Positions 17,929 to 27,103 of a DNA stretch of 61,471 nt are shown piece after piece. Made by a program: the position numbers and the translations under genes. The stretch lies in IMG/VR virus record IMGVR_UViG_3300012665_001805. One strand, written 5' to 3'. How positions within the stretch are numbered: the first letter of the stretch is position 1; each line of letters begins with the position of its first letter. The notes below the pieces were generated by a model that worked only from the letters and a program-made list of their open reading frames with translations, ran no database searches and had not been told where the DNA came from. The stretch is from a virus (lineage: Duplodnaviria > Heunggongvirae > Uroviricota > Caudoviricetes).

Positions 17929-19947
17929 TTAGGAATTTGTTTTTGATTGTTGGTTAATAAATTGGTGATCTCCATTAAATTGGGATTCAGGTCTAAAGTT
18001 ATGAATAACATTAAACTTAATCCCGGATACTTTAATATAAAGTGGAAGTTGATCACCTTCTGTTATTTCCCATGGAGTTTCCTCCTCTATAGCATATTGA
18101 AGACCTGTCATTACACCCCATTGACCATAAATGTAATTTCCTACTGTTAATCTATGTAAATTTCCAGCCATATACCCTTGTGAAGTATATGTTGGAGCTA
18201 AAGAGGCAGCTAATGTATTTAACTGGGTATACATTTTATTTAATTGGGTTTTATTATCTGCTACAATAGTAAATCCTAAAGAAATATTTCTATTAAATGA
18301 ATCATATTTAAAGAATTTTTCACCTCTACCCATATATGATTGTTCTTTCCAACTAGCACCATATGAATCACTAAAATCGTCTATATATGCTCTAAAATTT
18401 AATGTGGTTTGTTTATTAGCTGGGTTTCTAGGGTCTACAATTGCAATTTTAAAATTAATTAGATCATTTCCACTATCAATATTAGCAGATTCACGCAGTC
18501 GAGAATTAGAATAGTATATCTTATCAACAATTTTAGCGCTTTTACCAATATAATCTTTTGAATCCGTGATATAATCGTGATTATTAGGAGCATCAGCAAA
18601 CCCACGTATGCTTCTATCGGTTTTTCTAAAATCAGCTGCTATACCTCTAGGGTATTGATTTAATGTGTATGCTAATTGACCTTCTGTAGTATAGTAATAT
18701 CCTGCGTTTTTGTCTAAGTTTGCTAGGTATCCTTCCTTGTGAGATTTTGGCGATACATCATATTTTTGATTTAGATTATCATTCCATAATGTATTTCTTG
18801 AAGAATATACATCTAAAGGCTTATTTAATGGATCTGTAGCTACAAATGTAGTTGAACCTGATGTGGTAAATACTATAGGGTCAATAACAATTTGTCTTCC
18901 ACTTCCATTTACTCCTGCTGTTGAACCTAATCCTGATGAATTAAGGATTCTATTAATAGGAGAAACATATTTAATACTTCCTGAGTTTCTTGTGATTACT
19001 TCATATGAAGAAGTTAAATATGATTTAATATCTGATCTTGCTGTTAATGATCCAGATGCATATACGGAATTGGAATAGTCGTATTGGTATGTAGTTCTTC
19101 CTTGTTGGGTTAAATTAGGAGGAGTAGGGAATGTTTGGCCTGATTGGGAGGTAAAAGCATTTGAAACTCCTAGTGGAATCTGAAATTTATCAGGTTCAAT
19201 TTGATCTAATGGTTTTCCTACTAAATAACTTTTTTCTTTACCTGACTTTAATGGATTTATTCCTCCATTATCAGTAGCATATTTTATTAAAGTATCTCCT
19301 ACGCCTACTACCGATCCAGGACCTCCTGAGTAGGATAAGATTATTCCATTTCCAGGATTGTTTAGTTTATATCCTGTTACACCATTAAGACTTGTATCAT
19401 CAGTAACATTTGTGGCTATTAAATCAGTTAATTTAACTAATCTATTAGTTTCTTTAAAGTTTTCAACAGATTGCTCGTTTATAGCGGTCTGATATGTTCT
19501 AATATCAGCATCAGGAAAAATACCTGTTGGGTCTAATCCTTGTTTATTAAAGTGAGTTCCTAAAAATCCAGCACCTGCTTGAGCTACTGTTGAAAATAAT
19601 GGATTGTAAATTCCTTCATTTATTGCACTACCACCATATGCAACACCTTTAGTTGCTTCTGTTTTTACACCTGTTCTTGATAGTAATTGTTGTTTCGCAA
19701 TAAATGCTACACCTGGGGGTGTAACAAAATATTGAGTTAAACGAAGAACATCATTAGCTGCGTCTTTAGGTGCATTAATTCCTCCTCGTAATAAAAAATC
19801 AGTATCTAAAGCAGATGGTTGATTTTGATCACCTATAGGACTTTGAATGAATGGTTGTCCACTATCACCTCCACCTGGTCTATCATTACCGAATTTAAGT
19901 GATTTAAGTGAGGTATCCCCATTGTTTAATTTTATTAAAAGCCCCAT
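17929..19947 (-). CDS. Baseplate/tail-tube initiator-like protein
   Basis: C-terminal LNFRAYIDDFSDSYGASWKEQSYMGRGEKF..Y.SFNRNISLGF resembles tube-fold baseplate initiator domains; lies between TMP and LysM genes. Confidence 0.55.
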   Translation of the reverse strand: MGLLIKLNNGDTSLKSLKFGNDRPGGGDSGQPFIQSPIGDQNQPSALDTDFLLRGGINAPKDAANDVLRLTQYFVTPPGVAFIAKQQLLSRTGVKTEATKGVAYGGSAINEGIYNPLFSTVAQAGAGFLGTHFNKQGLDPTGIFPDADIRTYQTAINEQSVENFKETNRLVKLTDLIATNVTDDTSLNGVTGYKLNNPGNGIILSYSGGPGSVVGVGDTLIKYATDNGGINPLKSGKEKSYLVGKPLDQIEPDKFQIPLGVSNAFTSQSGQTFPTPPNLTQQGRTTYQYDYSNSVYASGSLTARSDIKSYLTSSYEVITRNSGSIKYVSPINRILNSSGLGSTAGVNGSGRQIVIDPIVFTTSGSTTFVATDPLNKPLDVYSSRNTLWNDNLNQKYDVSPKSHKEGYLANLDKNAGYYYTTEGQLAYTLNQYPRGIAADFRKTDRSIRGFADAPNNHDYITDSKDYIGKSAKIVDKIYYSNSRLRESANIDSGNDLINFKIAIVDPRNPANKQTTLNFRAYIDDFSDSYGASWKEQSYMGRGEKFFKYDSFNRNISLGFTIVADNKTQLNKMYTQLNTLAASLAPTYTSQGYMAGNLHRLTVGNYIYGQWGVMTGLQYAIEEETPWEITEGDQLPLYIKVSGIKFNVIHNFRPESQFNGDHQFINQQSKTNS

Positions 19948-19957
19948 TTAGTATATC

Positions 19958-20173
19958 TTATTGAGGTGGATTGTCTAAATATTTTGGTGGAGTTACACCA
20001 TTCAAATCCAATGTAGATGGAGTTGGGAATCCTGTTAATGAAGGATTACCGTTAATTGAATAGGCGTTATGTAAAGTTGATTGTGGATCATTCATTGTTA
20101 CGGGTGTTGGAGTAGTTCCATTGAATTCACTTAATGTAGATCCATCATTTACTAATTTGTCTAATAGTCCCAT
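19958..20173 (-). CDS. Hypothetical small protein (tail module)
   Basis: 71-aa ORF; its MGLL N-terminus is shared with the next gene; motif upstream. Confidence 0.6.
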   Translation of the reverse strand: MGLLDKLVNDGSTLSEFNGTTPTPVTMNDPQSTLHNAYSINGNPSLTGFPTPSTLDLNGVTPPKYLDNPPQ

Positions 20174-20189
20174 GATTAATTAATTTTAT

Positions 20190-20197
20190 TATAAATA
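20190..20197 (-). promoter_or_regulatory. Putative late promoter motif
   Basis: Exact TATTTATA on the coding strand, 16 nt before ATG. Confidence 0.6.
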
Positions 20198-20204
20198 TTA
20201 TATG

Positions 20205-22796
20205 TTATTGAATTTTTAATGTTGAAACAGTTCTATCTTTTCTCATTTGTTGTTCTCTCAAGTCATTACCTCTTCTCATTTCTTCTACCATTAACGTATT
20301 TGAATCAGGTGATGATGGAGTAGGGGCAGTACTGTTAGCTACTGTGATTGATCCTTTAGGACCTGACATAACATCATCACCTTTTTTAAATAAATCAGTT
20401 CCAGCTATTACTGTATCTCTATTATTTAATTGAATAGCACCTTCAGGACCCATTAAAGTACGTTTACCATACCCTGTTGATCCTTCTCCGGGAGACATAA
20501 CATCATTACCCTTCATAAGGTTATATCCTAAGGCTACAGCACTGGCTGCCGCTGCGGCTCCAAGAACTGGTCCTACAAAAGGGATAGCAGCTACTGATTT
20601 GAATGCTGTCATAGCAGCTTCAGCAATGGTTTTAAGTAATCCTTTTTGTTTAATGCTATTTAATAATACTTCTTTTTCAAGACCTAGTGTTTTTAAAACT
20701 AAATCTTTTTTATCCATAATGTATTGGTATGTAGAATACATCCAACCTTCTTTTTGTTTAAAAGCTATAGCTTGTTGAGTTATCAAAATTCCAGCAAGGA
20801 CTGTTCCAAATGTAATTAATCCTGGGATTGAATTGGTAATTAAATCTTTTATAGAAGTAAATACAGATGCTATGGTTTGAACTGTAAATACAATAGGTTG
20901 AAATAAAATATTTACCATAGGAAGAACAGTTGACACTAAATCCATAATTGGAGATATAAATGCTAAAACAGGTTCTGCTAAACTTACAAATACTTCTTGT
21001 AATTTTTCAGTAGCTTGAGCAAAACGTTCTTGAACTGATTGTTGAGCATATTGATTTGCTAATTGTTCATTTCCTAATTGTTTTTTGGCTTCTTCTAACC
21101 CAACTTGTTTAACTAAGTTATTAAATTTTTCTTGGGCATCTTTACCTTCAACTCCTGATAGTTTAGTTAGGGCTTCTCTGTCCATTAAAGATTGAGCTAA
21201 TTCATCTTTAGTTAAACCTGCTGCTTTTGCTATTGCTTCTTGTTGGATAGCATTCATATTAGCGAAGTCTGCCGATGTACCAACTTGTTTAGCTATTTCC
21301 TCAGCGGCTCCTGCGATATCGTTATTAAGCGCTAATTGGCGCGCTGTTTCTAGGTTTAGATTTTTACCAGTTAATAATTCAGCACTTAATTCATCTTCAA
21401 TGGATGATTCAAAATTAAGTAAACTTTCAGACATTTTAGCAGCTTGATCAAGAGACAAACCAAATTGTTTCGTTTGTACTACTGCTTCAGCTACTGCTTC
21501 AGCACTACCACCTAACGATAATTTTAAAGAAGCCGAAGCTTTTGATACTTCTTTTAATACCTCTTTTTCGTTTACAACAAATCCTTTTCGTGAAGCATAT
21601 GCTTGAGCTCCACCTAAAATTTCAGCTGTATTTTCTTCTAATGTTTTACCATTTACTAAAGATAATTTTTGAATACCTGCTAATTCTTCGTTAGTATATC
21701 CTGCTTGTTCTCTTAATTTAGTGAATGTTACTAAATCTTTTTCGTTTAATTTAGCATTGGTTCCTAATGATTGACCAACAGCCATATATGTTTCTTGTAA
21801 TCCCCTAGTATTTAAAGCTGCATCACCTGACATGGTTGCCATATTTCCTAATTCTTTACGGACATTTAAGGCTTCTCCATAGGTCATATTCATTTGTTTA
21901 GCCATATCACCAGCACCTTTATCAGTTGCTTGTAATGCTTTACCAAATTCCTTAACTAAAATTGCAGGATCTAATAAATTTTTACCAAGACTAGAGACCA
22001 TTGATTTAACTCCGGCACCCATAACCTTAAATTTATTACCCATAGTAGCTGCGTTTTCACCTCCTTCGGTGATTTTGTCAGCCATTTCTTCCATTTTAGC
22101 TTGAGCTTCATCTAATCCTAACTTATCAGATAAACTTCCCATCCCTAACCCTTTAAGACCTTCGGATATTGCTTTAGTAGCATTACCTGAAAGGCCTAAG
22201 GCGTCTTCCATATTCTTAGCTTTTCTACCAGCTTCGTCTAATTGATCTTCGAATTGTTTAATGAATCCAATATTCTCAGTAATTTCTTGAGTAATATTAG
22301 CATGGGCAGCTCGGGCTTCTTCTAATTGTTTTTGTTCTTTATTTGAAAGATTATTTCTAGATTCTAAGGCTTTGATTTGATCTTTAGCTAATTTACCTGC
22401 TAATTTTAGATCATTTGTTCTTTCAGCAGATTGTTTTTTTAAGTTAGCTATTTCTTTAGAAGATAATTTATTAATACCTTCTTGGTGAGATTGTAATTTT
22501 TGTGCTAAACTAGCTAAATTACTAAAAGATGAACGAGCGGCTTTAGTTCCACTGTTCATATTTTTTATTTCATCAACAATACGAGTAAAACCTTCTCTAG
22601 TTCCTGCGACATCATTGGTATAGTCTTTCCATTCGTCTCTTAACCCTTGAACTAGGCGTTCAGCAGTATTTAAATCTTCATTAATGTTATCTAAACTAGC
22701 TGCAGATAATTCATCACCTAACTGTTTAGCTAGTTTCTTTCCTTCTGCGATAAGTTTATTTAACTTTTCTTGATCTGCTGGGGATAATTGAGCCAT
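20205..22796 (-). CDS. Tail tape measure protein
   Basis: 863 aa, helical Ala/Leu/Lys/Glu-rich, hydrophobic late segment, phage-type C-terminal NDVMSPG...GAIQLNNRDTVIAGT; directly follows the tail chaperones. Confidence 0.85.
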   Translation of the reverse strand: MAQLSPADQEKLNKLIAEGKKLAKQLGDELSAASLDNINEDLNTAERLVQGLRDEWKDYTNDVAGTREGFTRIVDEIKNMNSGTKAARSSFSNLASLAQKLQSHQEGINKLSSKEIANLKKQSAERTNDLKLAGKLAKDQIKALESRNNLSNKEQKQLEEARAAHANITQEITENIGFIKQFEDQLDEAGRKAKNMEDALGLSGNATKAISEGLKGLGMGSLSDKLGLDEAQAKMEEMADKITEGGENAATMGNKFKVMGAGVKSMVSSLGKNLLDPAILVKEFGKALQATDKGAGDMAKQMNMTYGEALNVRKELGNMATMSGDAALNTRGLQETYMAVGQSLGTNAKLNEKDLVTFTKLREQAGYTNEELAGIQKLSLVNGKTLEENTAEILGGAQAYASRKGFVVNEKEVLKEVSKASASLKLSLGGSAEAVAEAVVQTKQFGLSLDQAAKMSESLLNFESSIEDELSAELLTGKNLNLETARQLALNNDIAGAAEEIAKQVGTSADFANMNAIQQEAIAKAAGLTKDELAQSLMDREALTKLSGVEGKDAQEKFNNLVKQVGLEEAKKQLGNEQLANQYAQQSVQERFAQATEKLQEVFVSLAEPVLAFISPIMDLVSTVLPMVNILFQPIVFTVQTIASVFTSIKDLITNSIPGLITFGTVLAGILITQQAIAFKQKEGWMYSTYQYIMDKKDLVLKTLGLEKEVLLNSIKQKGLLKTIAEAAMTAFKSVAAIPFVGPVLGAAAAASAVALGYNLMKGNDVMSPGEGSTGYGKRTLMGPEGAIQLNNRDTVIAGTDLFKKGDDVMSGPKGSITVANSTAPTPSSPDSNTLMVEEMRRGNDLREQQMRKDRTVSTLKIQ

Positions 22797-22812
22797 TTAA
22801 AAAATATTTTAT

Positions 22813-22820
22813 TATAAATA
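22813..22820 (-). promoter_or_regulatory. Putative late promoter motif
   Basis: Exact TATTTATA upstream of the TMP gene. Confidence 0.6.
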
Positions 22821-22836
22821 TTAAAATTTAATATTT

Positions 22837-23148
22837 TTATTGATATTTTACAGGTCTTTTAGCTTCACTAGCTTTTTGCATTAATTCTGGGGTTTTTATT
22901 GTACCATCTGAATTGATAACTGTTTGTTTTCCTGGTTTACCTTTATTTTCTATGATTGCTTTTTCTTCAGCAAAATGGTCTTGCATTTGTTTAAAAGTAA
23001 AGCGTCGAAGCCAGATTGGCATATTGTAAACAGTATGCCAATCGTAACCTCCATTGCTATGGAAAACTATTTGATGTATTTGTGTAAACAATGAGGCTCT
23101 TACTAGAGCCGAATCATCAGATATCAGGCCAAAAAAAGTTGATACCAA
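22837..23148 (-). CDS. Tail assembly chaperone, downstream (T / gp51-like) frame, probably expressed by frameshift
   Basis: YNMPIWLRRF resembles the gp51-like NMxPWER motif; only a TTG start inside the upstream gene; overlap contains a T7 run. Confidence 0.65.
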   Translation of the reverse strand: MVSTFFGLISDDSALVRASLFTQIHQIVFHSNGGYDWHTVYNMPIWLRRFTFKQMQDHFAEEKAIIENKGKPGKQTVINSDGTIKTPELMQKASEAKRPVKYQ

Positions 23149-23851
23149 TTGAGACAGGGATTCTATCGATACTTCCGTCGGGAAAAAAAGTTAGATCAAC
23201 ATCGGGTTGAACTTCTTTAATATATTCTCTAAGCGCCCTGGAGTCTTTGGCTAATAGATAATTATCTACAAATTCTCGAATGTCTTTTGTTTCTCGGCTT
23301 CCCTCCACTGAAGTGATAAGGTGTTTCATTCGAGTGGATAATTCAGGGGATGAGTCTTTATTAATTTTCTTTAAACCTTCTAATTCACGGCTGATGTTTT
23401 GTTCATCTTTATGTGTTAAAAGTTTAAAAGTAACTTTATTTTTTGAGTGGGGTAAAGTAAATGAGAATTCGTTTGTACGAGATGTAAATAATTCTTCTTT
23501 AATTTCTTTATTTTCTAGTTGGGATAAATCAACTGTATATTCTTCACCAGCATAATCAAATTTATACTCAGCACCATATCCTAAAATACGAGCAGCAACC
23601 ATGATTGCGTTTTTATCACCGATTAACAATTCATCAAAATTAATTTTGGATACAATGATAGATTTTAATAATTTATCTAATACTGTACCATTTCTGATAT
23701 ATGATTGGTTGGTTAGAATATCTTCTTCCTTAGCGGTCATGTATTTGATTTCAATTGTACCTTTTGCTAATTCAGAATCTTCAGGGTAAAGTAAACCTTT
23801 AGATGGTAATTCAACGGTCTCCGTTGGTAATTTGAATTTTGATTCTTCCAT
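23117..23851 (-). CDS. Tail assembly chaperone / baseplate hub assembly protein (gp26-like, G frame)
   Basis: LPSKGLLYP, IKYMTAKEEDIL, GDKNAIMVAARILGYG, ends GINFFWPDI; lies between tube and TMP. Confidence 0.8.
   Translation of the reverse strand: MEESKFKLPTETVELPSKGLLYPEDSELAKGTIEIKYMTAKEEDILTNQSYIRNGTVLDKLLKSIIVSKINFDELLIGDKNAIMVAARILGYGAEYKFDYAGEEYTVDLSQLENKEIKEELFTSRTNEFSFTLPHSKNKVTFKLLTHKDEQNISRELEGLKKINKDSSPELSTRMKHLITSVEGSRETKDIREFVDNYLLAKDSRALREYIKEVQPDVDLTFFPDGSIDRIPVSIGINFFWPDI
23131..23137 (-). other. Candidate programmed frameshift site (AAC TTT TTT TGG)
   Basis: Seven T on the coding strand where the G frame and the +1 frame overlap. Confidence 0.6.
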
Positions 23852-23882
23852 AATTTTTATTTAATATAACTTAATTGTCCTA

Positions 23883-23890
23883 TATACATA
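23883..23890 (-). promoter_or_regulatory. Promoter motif variant (TATGTATA)
   Basis: ATATATGTATA on the coding strand upstream of the chaperone gene; same variant at 1280-1287 and 8792-8799. Confidence 0.45.
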
Positions 23891-23892
23891 TA

Positions 23893-24264
23893 TTAAAGAG
23901 TAGTAATATTGTCAGGATTTACATTAAATGACAATACTCCTTTAATCTTTAATATTTCTTTGCGTATTTCATCCATTTTAGAGCGATCGAAACCACCTTT
24001 TACAATCCAAGGATGTCCATCAACTTTAATAGTTAATACAGTTTGAAATTTCTCAGTATTTTGTTCACTATATTCCATTGGTTCTTTTGCAGACGCTACT
24101 GTAATACCAGGCAATGAACGAATATCAGAAAATATTTCTTTCTGAGGTCGTAGTTTAATGTTAGTAATGATCATACCAACCATTTTAAATTTGTCTTGGT
24201 ATTCTTCATTAAGCTTTTTACTTAACTCTTCTCTTACTAACGTACGTAAATTGTCTAATTTCAT
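23893..24264 (-). CDS. Hypothetical protein with LxxLVREEL...LNE leader
   Basis: 123-aa ORF, own upstream motif. Confidence 0.65.
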   Translation of the reverse strand: MKLDNLRTLVREELSKKLNEEYQDKFKMVGMIITNIKLRPQKEIFSDIRSLPGITVASAKEPMEYSEQNTEKFQTVLTIKVDGHPWIVKGGFDRSKMDEIRKEILKIKGVLSFNVNPDNITTL

Positions 24265-24269
24265 ATGGT

Positions 24270-24277
24270 TATAAATA
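24270..24277 (-). promoter_or_regulatory. Putative late promoter motif
   Basis: Exact TATTTATA, 5 nt before ATG at 24264. Confidence 0.55.
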
Positions 24278-24282
24278 TTGTG

Positions 24283-26487
24283 TTATCTAATAAGATTAAC
24301 ATTTCCTGTAACTGAATATTTGTGACCGTTATTTTTATCGCCAAATTGAATATCAAAAACATATGACCCTGAAGAACATGGTTTATTATTGTATGTTCCA
24401 TCCCAATAAGATGTAGCATCATATGTTTCAAATATAATTTCTCCCCATCTGTTATAAATTAATGCTTTAAAATCATATGGATCAAATCCACTTGTAAATA
24501 CAAATTTTAAAACATTATTGTATTCATCTCCATCAGGTGTAAATGAGTTTGCTATATAAAATAACAATTCAGGACATTGAATTACAGACACATATGCTAC
24601 TTGTGGATTAGAAACACATCCATTAGCGTAATGTACTACTGATACTTGATGAGTACCAACAGAATCCCATACAAGGGTTTGGGTTAATGAATTTTGAATA
24701 TATTGTTGATTACCCCAAGTCCATTCATTATAGCCAGCAGGATTACCTATAGCATTCCAAGTAATACTAGCTGTATCTAATTCACATAATTCAAAATAAG
24801 TATTGTGTGGTATAATTGAATCAATTGTTGGAGTAGGATAAACAGTAATTAAAGTTGTATCATCAAACATACACCCACTAAGTGTATATTCATAAATAAT
24901 GGTATCAAGTCCAACAGCTGTTCCGGGAGTAAAATCAAATCCAACCATACCCGGTCCGGAAATAGTACCTCCTAGTGGGGATACTTGTAAAGTAACAAAT
25001 TCATCATATTCACAGAACGGACCAACAGGATCTATGGTAGGTAAAACGTTTAAAACGTTTAAATCGATAGACAAAGGTAAGCTAGGGCAGTTGTTGCTGT
25101 TATAACCTGTTACTTGAATCGCGCCAGGAATGAATCCACTAGATATAGAACTCCAATTCACATTAATTGTATCAGTTCCTTGTCCATTAAATATATTTCC
25201 AACAGAAGACCATTGATATGTGTATCCTGCTTGGAAAGGTACTGAATATATTTCGTTTGGTGAGTTAAAGCAAACTGTATCACTAAATGTAATTGGTCCT
25301 ATAATTGGAATTGGTGGGTTTATTAAAGTAACTACTCCACTTACGTTACATCCTTGTGAATCTGTAATAGTATAGTTATAGATACCTCCACATAAACTAG
25401 TTGGATTAAATCCAGTAGGTCCATTCCAAGATATAGTTTGTACTCCACTACCCCCATTAGGACTAATCATAATTTCACCATCACAGCTTAAATTACAAGT
25501 AGGATTAATAGCAAATACTGTTGGTAATGGTAAATTAGGAGGACCAGGTTGAACAAATACTGTATCAGGTCCTAACCCAGCTATAGCATTACAAGTATTC
25601 CATCCTGCATTACAAATAGGGTAAACAAATTTACAAGTATATTGAGCACCTATAGCAGGTGGGGTAACAGTAAGGGTAGGTCCTGTTCCTATTGGGTTTG
25701 GATTTCCTACTCTATACCAAGTTAATACAGGATTAACTGTTGGACCATTAGGTACCCATCTCCAAGCATCATTATTTGCAGTCCAAACAGTTGAGTTTCT
25801 ACCAGGTACAGGTATTCCTATAGTACCAGCAGCATTATGAATACCTTCAACAGAAGTACCTCCTTGCCATACTTGACAATCGGGTTTATCTTGAATATAA
25901 TTGTCTATATAATTAGTTGATTCATGAATAACAATATGGAATGTTCCTTGATTTCCCGTACAACTAAACATAGGTACACCAACCCAACTTACAATTAATT
26001 TTCTACATGGAGCTACACCTACAGTTTGATATTTGATTTGACCCCCAATTCCGGGATGCCAATCTTGCCAAGGTCCCATAATACAATTTTTAGGAACTAA
26101 AGCATTACCTGTTGGGATAGTTTGAGAAGTAAAAGTTGTGGGTTGTCCTCCAGAGAATGAAATCCATCCATTTGAACCTATATAAAATTGAGAATATGTT
26201 TGTCCAAAGAAACAAAATGTAAATCCTATATTAAATGGTCCTTGTTGAGAATCATCTGTCATGAAGACATTAGTTCCATTATTGACTTGAGCAACATAAG
26301 GAATGCTAGTTACAGCATAATCTGTTGTTTGTTTGGGACCCGGACCACCAGGACCACACTGACTTAAATCTGCGGTTAATGTAGTTGATCCTACACCACA
26401 AGGTAAAAATTGATCAGGTCCTAGAGCAGGACAATATTGACTATATCCTATATTAGCCAGTAAAAGAAATATTAGTAAGTTTTTCAT
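24283..26487 (-). CDS. Secreted adhesin-like protein with T9SS type B (gliding motility-associated/CHU_C) C-terminal sorting domain
   Basis: Signal peptide MKNLLIFLLLANIGYS|Q; NIDO-like region (DDSQQGPFNIGFTFCFFG...SNGWISF); SprB-like repeat (TCNLSCDGEI...YTITDSQGC); PKD-like repeat; CTD FYIANSFTPDGDEYN...IYNRWGEIIF...WDGTYN...GSYVF...GNVNLIR. Confidence 0.88.
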   Translation of the reverse strand: MKNLLIFLLLANIGYSQYCPALGPDQFLPCGVGSTTLTADLSQCGPGGPGPKQTTDYAVTSIPYVAQVNNGTNVFMTDDSQQGPFNIGFTFCFFGQTYSQFYIGSNGWISFSGGQPTTFTSQTIPTGNALVPKNCIMGPWQDWHPGIGGQIKYQTVGVAPCRKLIVSWVGVPMFSCTGNQGTFHIVIHESTNYIDNYIQDKPDCQVWQGGTSVEGIHNAAGTIGIPVPGRNSTVWTANNDAWRWVPNGPTVNPVLTWYRVGNPNPIGTGPTLTVTPPAIGAQYTCKFVYPICNAGWNTCNAIAGLGPDTVFVQPGPPNLPLPTVFAINPTCNLSCDGEIMISPNGGSGVQTISWNGPTGFNPTSLCGGIYNYTITDSQGCNVSGVVTLINPPIPIIGPITFSDTVCFNSPNEIYSVPFQAGYTYQWSSVGNIFNGQGTDTINVNWSSISSGFIPGAIQVTGYNSNNCPSLPLSIDLNVLNVLPTIDPVGPFCEYDEFVTLQVSPLGGTISGPGMVGFDFTPGTAVGLDTIIYEYTLSGCMFDDTTLITVYPTPTIDSIIPHNTYFELCELDTASITWNAIGNPAGYNEWTWGNQQYIQNSLTQTLVWDSVGTHQVSVVHYANGCVSNPQVAYVSVIQCPELLFYIANSFTPDGDEYNNVLKFVFTSGFDPYDFKALIYNRWGEIIFETYDATSYWDGTYNNKPCSSGSYVFDIQFGDKNNGHKYSVTGNVNLIR

Positions 26488-26506
26488 AAGCCCAATATAT
26501 AAAAGG

Positions 26507-26537
26507 AAAATAAAAGCCCCAAATTTCTTTGGAGCTC
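26507..26537 (-). terminator. Intrinsic terminator after tail tube gene
   Basis: Minus strand AGCTCCAAA-GAAA-TTTGGGGCT followed by TTTATTTT. Confidence 0.75.
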
Positions 26538-26564
26538 TTAATTTTTTATTGTTTTGTTCTAGTA

Positions 26565-27053
26565 TTAGAAATTCAATACACAGTAATCTGGTTGAACTGT
26601 TACTTGGATGTTTACTGGTGTACCATCATCATCCCAGTTGTAATCACCAAAATTAACTTCTGTAATTACGGCTCCTTTAATCACCCATTCAGAAACGATA
26701 TCACCTACAGGTCCGATTACATTGAATGTAATATCTTTCTTGTAGAAATCAGAATAACCATCTCTACCTGTTACTGATTCGTGTCCTAAACGTACCCATT
26801 CCATTACTGCTTGTGCACCTGATGGAGTGATTGATTCGTACATTGTAAACTGAATAGTATTCCAAATGGTTTTTCCTTTTACATAACGTTGAACGTTGAT
26901 ATGATTAAGGGCAACTGCAGTTTGTGTTAAAGATACAGCTCCAACTCCTTTTACCAAATATGATGGAATACCATCCATATAAAGGATAAAGCGGTTACTT
27001 TGTTTTGGTTCAAACGCTGTGTAAAATATTTCGTTCGGATTTAAAATTGCCAT
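26565..27053 (-). CDS. Tail tube protein (gp19-like)
   Basis: FEPKQSNRF, INVQRYVKGK..W, AQAVMEW, DGYSDFYKK, FGDYNW...QPDY; directly after the sheaths. Confidence 0.92.
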   Translation of the reverse strand: MAILNPNEIFYTAFEPKQSNRFILYMDGIPSYLVKGVGAVSLTQTAVALNHINVQRYVKGKTIWNTIQFTMYESITPSGAQAVMEWVRLGHESVTGRDGYSDFYKKDITFNVIGPVGDIVSEWVIKGAVITEVNFGDYNWDDDGTPVNIQVTVQPDYCVLNF

Positions 27054-27078
27054 TTTTTGTTATTTTAGTTTCTTTTAT

Positions 27079-27086
27079 TATAAATA
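27079..27086 (-). promoter_or_regulatory. Putative late promoter motif
   Basis: Exact TATTTATA upstream of the tube gene. Confidence 0.6.
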
Positions 27087-27103
27087 TTAAATATTTCTAT
27101 CTT

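Noticed and set aside
23095-23120. CTGATGA followed by a hairpin (hammerhead-like)
   Set aside because: No GAAA after the stem and no stem I/III partners; lies in coding sequence.
26529-26777. Minus-strand 82-aa ORF
   Set aside because: Alternative frame overlapping the tail tube gene and its terminator.
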